Source: Ascidiella aspersa
Lineage: Eukaryota
Direction of reading: 5' to 3'
NCBI GenBank assembly: GCA_963924565.1
Contig: OZ004613.1
Location: 26,846,001-26,910,000 of the forward strand
DNA: 64,000 nt
The notes beneath the pieces are model-generated. The model saw only the letters and a list, made by a program, of their open reading frames with translations. It had not been told where the DNA came from and made no database searches. The position numbers and the translations under genes were made by a program. This document shows positions 12,700 through 24,700 of the stretch, piece after piece. The first letter of the stretch is position 1. Each line of letters starts with the position of its first letter.

Positions 12700-15078
12700 T
12701 CAATGTACAGCACAATGTAGCGGACATCAGCAAACCGGTTCACGTCAGCTGACAACTATACCGGGAAAAAAGGCACACTTGACGTTTCAGGGCGCCATTG
12801 TTTTGCGTTTTAGACTAAACGTGCCAAACGCAATAACAACAACAATCGTACAGTACAGGCGACCATAGCGTGCCTTTGTGTATTTTGCCCAAACGCACAA
12901 CAGCTGTACGCGTAAAAGTCCCGCGATAAATGTCGCCCCATTAAATTACATTTACGAGGGCTTAGATTTTTGGGCGTGCAAGCGTTATAGGTGCTAGGTT
13001 GTCAAAAACGCCATAAAACACGCGGCTCCAAAGGTTAACACACCACAGAACAGAACCCCATCATGGGCACACAACGTTGTAATAATAATAATAAAAAAAC
13101 GGCAGTGAAAAATACAACGCCGGCCGAAGCCCAACCATTATATGACAGCGCTTGAATCGGCAAGAATAATCCAGTTTGAAAGAACGAAAGCGACCAAGCG
13201 TCGGTTCTGAACGAACGGCGGCGATTTTTTTTCATCGCCGCTCCACTTCGCCGCGTGTTTTTTGTTATGGGGAGCTGTCAGGCCTTTCGCAGCGCCCGCT
13301 CGCCGTTAGTTCCCCGGGCCGCGACACAAAAACCAGCGTTTCAACTGATCTCACTCAGTCTGGCTGTTCGCTGGCTCGCAAACTTCACTCCCCGCGCGCA
13401 TAACTGCTGCAAAACAGGCGCTTCACTCCCCGTTTTCGTGCTGTTTTGGGTCGTTTTTAAGGCGCTTTTGACCACTGTAGTGGCGTTTTTTCGCTTCCGA
13501 GCGATGCGCGGTAAAATTTGCTCGACAAAGTCGGTGTTTTGCGACTTGGGTGCCAGTCGGGAGGGCGCGAATTGCGGCTTTGTTGATGAAGGCCCGGCCG
13601 TGAGTTGTGAGCGTCGCGGAACAGCCGATGGAACAGCCGCGGCACTGACGCGGCAGGATGCGATGTAATAAAGCCCAGCGTTTCCCTCTAACAGGGCAGA
13701 TAGGCAGGCCAATGGGGAGGCGAACTCTTGCCGAGCAGAGCGTTCGGGCGGCGGGTCTGTTTATTTTTCTCTGTATTTTCTTGCTGCTGCGCCCGCGCGC
13801 TTATCGAAAGAGAGCGGGCGCTTTTACGCTCCGGGCTCTCTGGGCAATAAATCAAGCAAGGGCGCCAACCGAACCGATCTCTGAGGCACAGCGGGACGCC
13901 CAAAGCGAAGCGATCGAATTTTTTTTCGGCCGAAGCCCTTTTTGATCCTTATCGCCATTGATCGCGACCGAAAAACACGGAAAATATTGAACTTTTCTTT
14001 TTTGACCGGTGACTTGAATAATTTCCACTTGACCGCTGATGAATATAATAAAAAACACATAAAAACTGAAAACAGTCGATGCGTTTGCCTTTCCTAGCTC
14101 AGCGCCGCGGCTCGATTTCGGAGACTTTTGGCACTGTAGTGCTATTAACACACAACCAGGGCTGCGCGGTCGGCCGTACGGTCGTTAGTCGCTTTTTGGC
14201 AAAGTGCGATGTGACGAAAATACGTGCTTCTCTGGCCCGAGCGAGCTCGCCTATCGCAGCGCTAGCCTCGTCGACAGGCAAAGCCCATGTTAGGATTATC
14301 TTTCGCCGAGCACCAACGTAATTACGAAAACACATGACCCGCAGCGAGGGAGTAAAATGGAACAGCCGACACTTATTACATCGCGGCGCGCCTGAGACGC
14401 TGCGCAGCTACAGTTGGCAGCTTTTCTGATATCCCTCCGCCAAATCGCCTCTTTGAACGCGTTTAAAGCGGCCTGTCAAGCGTTTTAAACTTTTAAAAAC
14501 GCATGTACTATTTTAACATTATATACTGTAAAATGTGATACGTAAGAATACGTGTTATAATCACACAATCAGCTTTGTTGCCTGAAATTTAAATTCGTCT
14601 CAGTGCGCATGAATATTCGAAAGAAATCGCGCTGTCAGGTTGGCGAGTGTTTGGTGCAGTTGTGCATTGTGCAGTTTTCGATTCCCAGCTCTTCCTACAC
14701 GCTGGACTTACAACACGTGCGAATGTCTCCAGTATTCAGAAACAATTAGTGAAGACGCTGGTTATCAAAATAAGGGGAGAAAGCCAATGTCGGCTCATTC
14801 AGTCAGGCCGCGTCCGTTTGGTCGCTGGGCGAGTGAGGCGCGTTGCTGTGAAGTGTGTGAGGTAGGGAAGGGCTAGTAGCGTATTGAATAAGGCCAGATA
14901 CTGCGTTAATACTTTTGCGTAGCTCGCTGTCGAATCCTTACGCTCGTAGTATAACCCTTGTGCTTTGTTTGCCTTATGTTGCTCAGGAATCTATTGTTTA
15001 AATTCGAAGTAGCCTTGTGGCAGCAGACAGAAAGAAGCGATTGGTCTGCGGCCGCCTTTGTACAGATAGATCTCAGGG
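12700..15078. promoter_or_regulatory. CpG-rich island upstream of ARID1, probable promoter/enhancer region
   Basis: Sharp rise in GC and CpG (many CGCG) without a credible ORF, directly upstream of the ARID1 ATG; CCAAT at ~13709 and ~14784; initiator-like TCAGT at ~14799. Confidence 0.6.
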
Positions 15079-15732
15079 ATGGTAACTAACACGGGCACGA
15101 CTACCGAGACCACGAACAGTGTAAAAGAAAACGGCGACTGCAAGAAAGACCCGCAAACAGCAGCAGCCGCAGCAGCTGACAACACTGTGAAAGACGATGT
15201 CGCAAATTTGAAGCAAGGTGCCGACGACGCGAAACGAACACAGCAACAGCAAAAAACAGCTGCCGCTCAACAGAATGACAACGCAACAACAGCTATGGCA
15301 GCAAACACACCAAGCGAAGCAAGCGAAAACGCCGCCACTTCCAACGGCATTCCGCCAAATCCGGCCTACAATAGCTCCAGATCGTACGGAAATGGAATGC
15401 CGGCCAACGCGCCCCCCGTAAATGGCCCCCCGCAGCCGGGACAGAGCAGCTCCTACCCTAACTACGGCGCCAGTGTTGGTTCATATGGCTACAACCCGGC
15501 TTATATGCAGTCGCCTGGTGCCAGGCCCCCCCACAGTGGCACCAACTATCCACCTATGGCCAGGTACCCCAATTCTGGTGGAGGCGGCACCCCGACCCTG
15601 AACCAGCTTCTAACGGCGCCGTCCCGGTACCAGGACCAACAGGGCCCCTATGCCGGCCATGCCAACGCACCACCCCCTCCGCAGAGCGAATACAGTCAAG
15701 GCCAGCCCTCCTGGCAGCCACGACCCCAGCAG
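15079..15732 (+). CDS. ARID1: ARID1 coding exon 1
   Basis: ATG-initiated open frame containing the ARID1/Osa motif [13 protein letters not shown]; donor CAG|GTAGCC. Confidence 0.85.
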
Positions 15733-18700
15733 GTAGCCATTTTTGTTGTTTCTTTATTTTTTCAAACATAAATATTTTCAGCAGCAAAAAAGTGTGAATT
15801 TATTTTTCGACAAATTAACATACTGTTAATTAACATACTGCTTCCATTTTTGTTGAGGGTTGTTTTGGGTAACACCTATCGTTGTAAAAAACAGTATTGC
15901 TTTTTAAAGCCGTTTTACTGTTTTAACTTAAAATTCAACTTTTCTTTAATTTAGCACAGGCTGCTCAATATTATATTAATTTTTTATTGTAAAAAAAATA
16001 TGTGAATTTAATGTTGTGGTGTCCCGATATTCTCTTGGTTAAGTCACATTTTTAGGGATGTTAACTTTAAATTCAATTTTTCTTTAATTTAGAACAGGCT
16101 GCTAAATTTTATAATAATTTTAAACTAAAAAAAATGGTGAATTTATTTTTGGGTCCCACTATTATCTTGGTTAAGTCACATTTAAAGGATTTCAGCTTAA
16201 ATTTTAATATAACTGCTGTTTTTCTCCAATATGGCTACAGTTATTGCCAGTTTAGCATATCTGTATCCAAAGGGCTGTTTAAAGATTCCCACTTTATTAT
16301 TGATGATGTTTGTTTATTGCTTGTCTGATCCAAGGGCAGCTTCTGGTGTTTGTCTGACATCACAGAGACGACAATTGACTGCTTTGTCAATAATAGATCA
16401 GCTGATATTTATTTGAGTAATTTGCCTTGCTGGTGGAAGTTTGTTTACTTAAATTCTTGTAGTAAGATGGACTCTGATTTTTGCTGATAAGAAATATAGT
16501 GTTAGTCATCACACTACTATGAGTGACTCAGTAATATTTTTTTCCTTCTAGGACTTTTGCTAAACCATGTACAGAAGTATTAATTAGTTACAGAAAAAAA
16601 CAAAGCATTTATTTTTTGGTCATTCATTGATAGTTTTATTCAAATGTGTAAAAAATGACGCTCATTCTTCATTCAGGTAAAATGGCTTTCAACACCAAGA
16701 CCTGTAATTTTGTTAAATTGGTTTTCAAAATTTGGTTTTAGCAGCATTTACTTTCTCACAGTAAAAGTGTTTTCTCTGTTTTAAATTAACTCAAAACTAA
16801 TTAAGGCTTGTGTATATTTGTCTTCCCAAGTGCCTTTTTTAGCCTTACTGTTGAAATAAATTATATTAAAGTTTATAACAGATTCTTTCCATTATTATTA
16901 TTATTTACTGGAAATAGTATTCTCTATTAAGACTCACTTAGTCAAAATATACTGCACAGTTTACTGCTGAAGTATATTAGTAAAGTAATATGTATTTCTT
17001 TGTTGGTACAAGATGTTGTTTTTACAATCTGTTCAACGGTATCCAAAAGTTTTAAATATTTTCATTAAAAAAAATTCAAAGAAGTTGTGTAACCACTAAC
17101 TTGCATCCAAATTATTTGTAAATAAGGCAATCTTTGTAAATATTTTGGAGCACAATACACGGTTTTTTTTAGTAACTTCAATAAAATATAAAAGCCATAA
17201 TATTTGATTTAGCTTATATAAAATATTATGAGCCTCAAATATTATGGCTTTTATATTTTTATTTTTTTGTAAATGTTGTATTTAAAATTTAGGTCCTAGG
17301 TTTTAATAGTGAAGCCTGTCAGTCAGGCACAAAAAACAATGTATTTTGTGGCAGTTTTCAAGCAGTTTGGGTATTAAAATTTTCTTGCAAACCACCACGA
17401 AAAAGGGGTCCCTGAAATTCGGAAATTTTATGTGCGCCTCCTCACATGAAATCTGGCCAAAAATTTAGAATGAAACCTTACGCGTGAACACCATTCAGGA
17501 ACAACGCCAGTGCGGCGCGCTAAGCACGTTTCGAAGTTGACCTTCGTAAACAAGCCGCTACTCCCGGCAGGATGTGTTTTTGAAAAATGTGCCAGAACCA
17601 TGTGATCCAATGAAAAGGCGTCGGTCGTCCCACAGCCACAGCTGATTACGCGTCGCCCCTGCACGCGCGTGCATTGGCGCAAGCGCGCGCGCAAGAGTGT
17701 ATGTGCGCTGAAGTGCTGCTAGCTCCGCGTCCGTCCGCGTGGGTTAGCCGAGCATCAGACGCAGATATAGAGAGAGGGCTTCATCAGTTTTCTTCGGTGG
17801 TGGTCCCTTTTTTCACACGCCCATAGTGTGCCGTAGTTTCTTCCCGCGTCATACCCCCCTTTGGTTTTCACATTGGCGGCTTTCACGCGTCGTTTAACGG
17901 ACAGTCGCATGACTTCAAGGTGACGATTGTGTGTTTCGCGCGTGCTGCTATGTGTCGTCGCCTTTTGTTTCCCGCGTCCAATTCATTCGGTCTTCTTTGT
18001 TCGACTCCGTTCTTCTTTTGTGTCGGCTCTCTGCACGGGCAAAACAAACAGGCGTCCGCGGCGCCACGAACAGTATTTTGCCGCCGATTGATTTTTCGCC
18101 CGTTAAGCCTCTCAAGTTAAAAACAAAACGCCGTAAACAGCTGTTCGCGTCGCTTTTGTACCAGGCTGTTAATAGCTTCCGAGCTTAGTCCAACGCTTGC
18201 GAACGACAGATATTAACGCTTGCCGTCAAAAACAGTCCCAAACTCCCTCCCCAAAGGGCGAAAATCTCGCGTTCCGATCGCAGCCCTTTGCTAAGAATGA
18301 ACTTGAAACCGCCCCGCCACCGCATAATGACATCGATTACACCGGTGGGGAATTTCCTCTCATTGTGACGTAGACAAACAGCAATGTGGCGAGCGAAAGG
18401 TCACGTGGGCACGCAAGTTGTAGCCGCCTGCCTGGCTGTTGTAAATAACGGTGGCTGGCGCGCGGAAAGTTATTTATAGCCGGACTGGTTTGCATAGTTG
18501 CTAATGCCTTTCTCCCCGCCACAAATCTTGTGGAACCTGCCGAATCTGTGGGATTCTTGTCAACTTGTTGTTGTTATGACGCGCCAAGCCATGTGCCACA
18601 CTATTTCACTTCACTTTTAACCTATTTGTTCCATTTACATTGTTTTTACCAAAATTTAAAAACGATCTCATAGATTTTTTACAATTGCAGTTTGGTATCT

Positions 18701-21700
18701 AGGAGTACTGGAGTCCTGATGTTTAAAGTTGTGGCGAATGTTACAAATCGCATGAGAAAAATGTGCTGTTGGTTTTGCCAACTACTAAGAAATTTCAATT
18801 TTTTGGTCTGTGTAGTAGTTGGAAGTTGTAACCCTACCTAATGTATCACCATCATCTGGTGTGCATTTAACAGCTTGTCGACAGTAATTGTAATAATATA
18901 TTGAGACTACCCGGTTATTGAAATATTAGCATGGAAGTATTGGTACTTAATGGTATTGTCAATTGGTTTCTATAGGAGTGATGAATAAAATTTTGGTCAT
19001 TAACTTACTGCAATGAAACTTGAATGCAGGAAGACTCTTTCCTAACACGATATAGTTCTGGAGCATAATAGTTGAAAGTTGTATTAAGACGTAGTTAAGA
19101 AATCAAAGCCCATACAGAAGTAGGTATCATTTCCAATGTTTCAAATATATACAACATATGAAGAAATAAATAAAGAGTTATGTGAAACATTTAAAATGAT
19201 CCCAACTTCTCTGTGGGCTTTCAAAAACAGCCCTGGTTTAACTAATAAATTTAGTAACGTTTGATCCTGTTTGCAATTAGCATTCCAGTCTGTCAAAAGA
19301 TCTTTAGATAAAAACGCTTGCCCAAAACCGCATAATATGTTGCCTGAATGTTATTACAATGTCAATTTTACAATTCTGGCATTTAACTTTGAGAATTTTT
19401 GTATGAATCCCTGCAGCTATAATTAATTAGATTTGGTCAGTGTCAAGTTTGAAACGAGGCGAGAGAACGCAATACGGAAAACGTTACATCATGAAATATT
19501 ATATTATTCAACCAACAATACATTTGATTATGCGAAAGCTAGAACGCGCTAATCTAAAGCCCTATTTAAAAATTCGTAAGATAACTTAATATTAATATGA
19601 ACTCTAAGATTTGACTTATGGCAATTAACTAATTTGGGTGTTTAAGTGTTGATAAACAAGTAACAGTCAGATTAGGAAAAATTAAGTATTAAATCCATTA
19701 ATAATACCCAGAGTAGAATATTTTGCTATGGTGAAAAATGAGTTTGAATTTATGATTTATCAAAATGACTTGAGTAATGGTTAACAACAATTCTCTGGAC
19801 CAATTAATTTGTTTAAAATGCAGTATATAATAGATAGTTTGTTTCTATAATTGTTTTTTTTTATAATTTATTCTTGTGCAGGATTTTTACTGGCTTGTCC
19901 GGTTGAAGTATGCTACCATTTGCAATCCTTTATTCAGACATTTTCCTTCAATAAAACACTCTTATGTCGCTACACAGATAAAATGTGGAAATTTTTGGCA
20001 AACAATATTTTTTGGGGGTAATTAGGTCCACAAAAATAACCCTTTCATGATCCACACATATTTATTTATATTAAGACACAGGCAATGACCTGTATGATCA
20101 ACAATACTAGGCCTGCTTAAATTTACCTGCAGCATTACGTTTGTCTGAAGGTGTTAACACTGCAATTCAGCTCTTACATACAGAGAATCGAGTTCAGTTT
20201 GGTCCATACTGGTTATGCAGGTTTTGATGTATCAGGAAAATCTATGCCGCTGTGCAGCCATTGTAAATATCTACTCATAACGATGCCGCCCATCTTGTAA
20301 ACAGTGATGTGTCGTCCTGTGTGACATTTGTTCAATGCTAGGCATGTGCAGGCAAATTAGTGCCGGTGAAAAATCCATCATATGTTAATGAAATGTAATA
20401 TTGATACCCCCAATACTGTGAAAAATAGTGTTTTGTTGTTAGGCATAGACCGACTATAAAACACATACCAAAGTAGGTTTTAAACATTGCAAACATATAT
20501 GTCTTATTTTTTGTCAAAAGCTGGTTTGTTGTTTATAAGAATTTTGATTTCACATAAAATTTGTTAATTTAGTAATTTATCCAATTGTCTTTTTGTTATA
20601 TTTTACTTGTTTTGAATAGATTACCTTTTGGTGGAAATATACTAAACTGGATGTTGGTTTAACATGCGAGATGTGATGCGATGCGATGCAAACGAATGAT
20701 TGTTTGTTATTTTATCTTCCCTTTGACTTACTCAAATCAATTTGATCACTCTGTTTTTTACCTTTCATTATAGTTAGGAAAACATAATGTATGTTTTTAT
20801 AGCTACTGGGATATTGGTAGCTATAAAAGGATGATTTATTGATTTCGTTTTACAATTACTAAAAGATTATTACTCTTTCTTTCTGATTAAAGCTATAAAA
20901 ATTCATAATTTGGTAGTACATGTTAATAAAATATGATTTGTGCGTTAATTTATTGATAATTATTTTTAAATTTATTTTATTTTACCAAAAACTATTTGAT
21001 CATTTTTTACCTTTCACCATGGGTATAAATTATGCAAAACCAGATTGTACTATTTTGCTGATTGATTTTACTCCAACCTTATTTAGTCTTTTTTTTTATC
21101 TTTTGCCAGGTATGAAACAATTCTTTAATTGGTCTGCACAGGTTTTCATGCAATCAAAATGTGATTACTCTATTTACTAATCTTATACACTTTACTGTTA
21201 GTGTTTTTTTTACAACTGGTCATTATATAGGTATGAAGAAATCCTAACTAGATTTTCATGCATTTAAATGTGATTGGTTTGTTGACTAATTTTAGACACT
21301 TTATTTTTTAGTGATATTTTGCCATTCATTATTTTATATAGGCATGAAAACTCCCAATCGCAACTAGATTTTTTGCATTTAAAACATGAGCAAGTATTTA
21401 TTCTTCCCAGGATTTTTTTCTTCGGTGTTTTTTCTCCTAAAAAAAAATCGTATATTTATAATTATGCCAAACGTGTTCTACTGATAATTGAACTGTCTTT
21501 AACCAATCCGGCGTATTTTTCCCCGCTAATTAACAGCCCGGAAGTAGTATTTTCTGGCAAAAAAAATCCGTTTCGAAACCAACAGGGTGCGCGTTTTACT
21601 TTGACCGCTGTGTAGTGTTTTTGGCCTCGCGTAGTGTCGCCAACCTGCGCGACTTGCGCGTGGTGGCGCGTGTTTATTCGAACCGATTTGACCTCGCGGT

Positions 21701-24700
21701 GACACGCATGACCACAACTCAACTTGGGTGAATCCCCCCGTAAGCTCAATCCTTGACAACACAACCAGCATAGCTCGGCCTCATTTGCGAGACCGCGGCA
21801 TCGTTGGCGGACGCGCGAGAAATTGGCCGACCGATTACTATTTACTGAAGAGACGGCGGCGTTGGCGACACGCTTGTTTGTTGAATGGCTCTTAACAATT
21901 CTTGAAATTCTAATTTTTATTTCAAGCGCGCTTTCGACCGTTTCCTTTTTTTATATTTAATCGCGCAAATTTTTTTGTTTGTAGAATTCAATAAAATCGT
22001 TTTATATACTAAACAATTGGCGACGCGAATTTCGTTAATGACAGTGCCCAAAATTACAATTTTTTGTGAGTGAAATTGTAAAATTTATATTTTCGTATTT
22101 TCATTGCGCTTTTAACCGTATCCTTTCTATATTTAATCGCGCAAAGTTTTTTTGTAGAATTCGTTTTCATATACTCAACAGTTGGCGACCAGGGCTGTGC
22201 GCGAATTTCGTTATTGACAATGCCCGCAATTGAAATATATTTTTTTAACGGTAAAATTTATATTTTCGTATTTTTATTGCGCTTTAAACCGCAACCTTTT
22301 TTATATTCAATCGCGCAAAGTTTGTTATTTTGTGGAATTGAAAAAACTCGTTTTATATACTCTACAGTTGGCCAGTAGGCCTGTGCGCGAATTTCGTTAT
22401 TGACAATGCCCGCAATTGAAATATATTTTTTTTAACGGTAAAATTTATATTTTCGTATTTTTATTGCGCTTTAAACCGCAACCTTTTTTATATTCAATCG
22501 CGCAAAGTTTGTTTTTTTGTGGAATTGAAAAAACTCGTTTTATATACTCTACAGTTGGCGACTAGGCCTGTGCGCGAATTTCGTTATTGACAATGCCCGC
22601 AATTGAAATATATTTTTTTTAACGGTAAAATTTATATTTTCGTATTTTTATTGCGCTTTAAACCGCAACCTTTTTTATATTCAATCGCGCAAAGTTTGTT
22701 TTTTTGTGGAATTGAAAAAACTCGTTTTATATATTCTAAGTTGGCGACTAGGCCTGTGCGCGAATTTCGTTATTGACAATGCCCGCAATTGAAATATATT
22801 TTTTTTTAAACGGTAAAATTTACATTTTCGTATTTTTAAAGGCTTTTATATTCAATCGCGCAAAGTTTTATTTTTCCGCATTCAAAAAACTCGTTTTTAA
22901 ATACTCATCAGTTGGCGAAGGCGGTCGTGTGCTAATTTTGTTAAAACGGGGTCGGACAAAATATTGAATGATAACAATCCCCAAAGTATATTTTGTTTGT
23001 CGAACGATAACAATTGCCTAAAAAAATAAAAAATGATTATTTTTAACAACACAATGCGTAGTTAGTTGACCGGGATGAAAATTAGCTGTATTTTGTTTGT
23101 TTGTTCCGCTAAATACGCGCGAAGTCGCAAAAACGTTTGTACGAGTTTGAGCTAAATTGATATTTTTTTCAGTATGATTTAAACCTTGGTTAAGCTTGTT
23201 TCATGATGCGCATGTTTTATTTTATACGTTAACTCGAAAATTTCCCGCACTTCCGTGTGTATCATCACCCAACGCTAAAATAGCTTTAATTATTCAGCGA
23301 AGCCCTGGATCAAAGTTTAGAGCACTGGGTTAATGAAAATATCGATTGGAACGCTCAAAACGTGGCATTTTGCGATGGATTTAAAGCGAAAGTCGTTTCG
23401 TGAGATCAACACATAAGCGAAAAATACTGTATAAAGATCGTACATACAGCGCCGCGTATGCTTGGGTTTGCTGAAAGAAAGCGCACTGGCCTGAAAACGA
23501 ATCGAACAAAAGCGTGTCTCGCTGCCCAGCGCAGTATTGCCAGAATCGCTCTTTCGCGATGTCTCCGGGCCCTGGCGAAAAGCAACGGGCTGGCACACAA
23601 CACACTCACTCATTCGCATACAGAGAGGCAGCGCTGAAGCCTTCATGCCTCGCGTGTCCTTTCAAAAATAAAAACGAACCACTGCCGACTTCCTATTATT
23701 CCTCCCTCAACCGCTCCCCTTTTCTCTTTATTCTCTCGACCTCTCCCGCTCTTTCTGCCTTAATGGTCGATTGTCCTCTCTCGCCCTTTCTCTTTTTTTC
23801 TCTCGACGTGCTTCTCTCTTTTGTAGCGGGGAGCGCCGTTCTTTTCCCTTTGTCCTTTTTTAGTGGCGCGGCTGGTTTTGCTTGCTTATGGCGTATCTCG
23901 TCGCTCGCTTGGCTTGACTGGACGCTCTCTCTGGCCTTTTCTGACAGAAACGCCTATACATTAGGCAGCGGCCGCGTTTCGACACAACACACAAGGCTGC
24001 TTCTCTCTGGCCACCAGGCCTTGTTTCGCTACACGCAGCAGTCTTTGTTAAACAACCCGACCATTCGCACAGTGCGCGCGCTTGTGTTCCTTTTTATGTC
24101 CACGTCGCTAGTTTTGTGTGAACGCGCTCTGTCGTTGAAAGGAAGACCGTATCCAAGCGCTGACAGCAACTCGAAAACGTCATGTTTAGATGTCCGCGCA
24201 AAAAGCCTATAAAACGTCATATTTTTTTCTGTTTACCGCTGCCTTTCAGTATCGCGTTTCGTCATTCGGCCGTTTTTGCTTTTCGGGCCAACTGGTGAAC
24301 CGTATCCGTGAGTTGTTGCTTTTTCTTTCACGTAAAAACTCACCTGTTTACCAGAAGCTCTCGAGGGTATTTCTATCTTTGTTCGCTGGGGAAAAACAAA
24401 ACGAACGTGCATTTAGGAAAAACAACTATACCCAGTATACAAGTTTAGTTTTTCTTCAAGAAAATGTTTTTTCTTGGCCTCTAAAGCTGAACGTTTTATT
24501 AAAAAATAGTCGCTTTAATTATTTCTGCGTTTTGCGTATATGCTTACCAGTTAAATATTTTATTCACAATACGTATGCCTAAAAAACCCAAAACCTCTCA
24601 AATGACAGCGTTTAATGTTTAGACATCCCAAACCTGTCATTTGAATAGGAAAAGGATCACAATAGACGCGTGATTTATTTTTACACAGCTATTTTATGGC

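Noticed and set aside
13035-14876. Cluster of overlapping 60-137 aa ORFs on both strands
   Set aside because: Expected by chance in GC-rich promoter DNA; no motifs or splice-consistent structure.
21935-22945. CRISPR-like array
   Set aside because: Eukaryotic context and whole units are repeated with no unique spacers.
23514-24212. 232-aa ORF in ARID1 intron 1
   Set aside because: Non-ATG start, Leu/Ser/Phe-rich translation of CT-rich DNA and no recognisable domain; better explained as a regulatory island.
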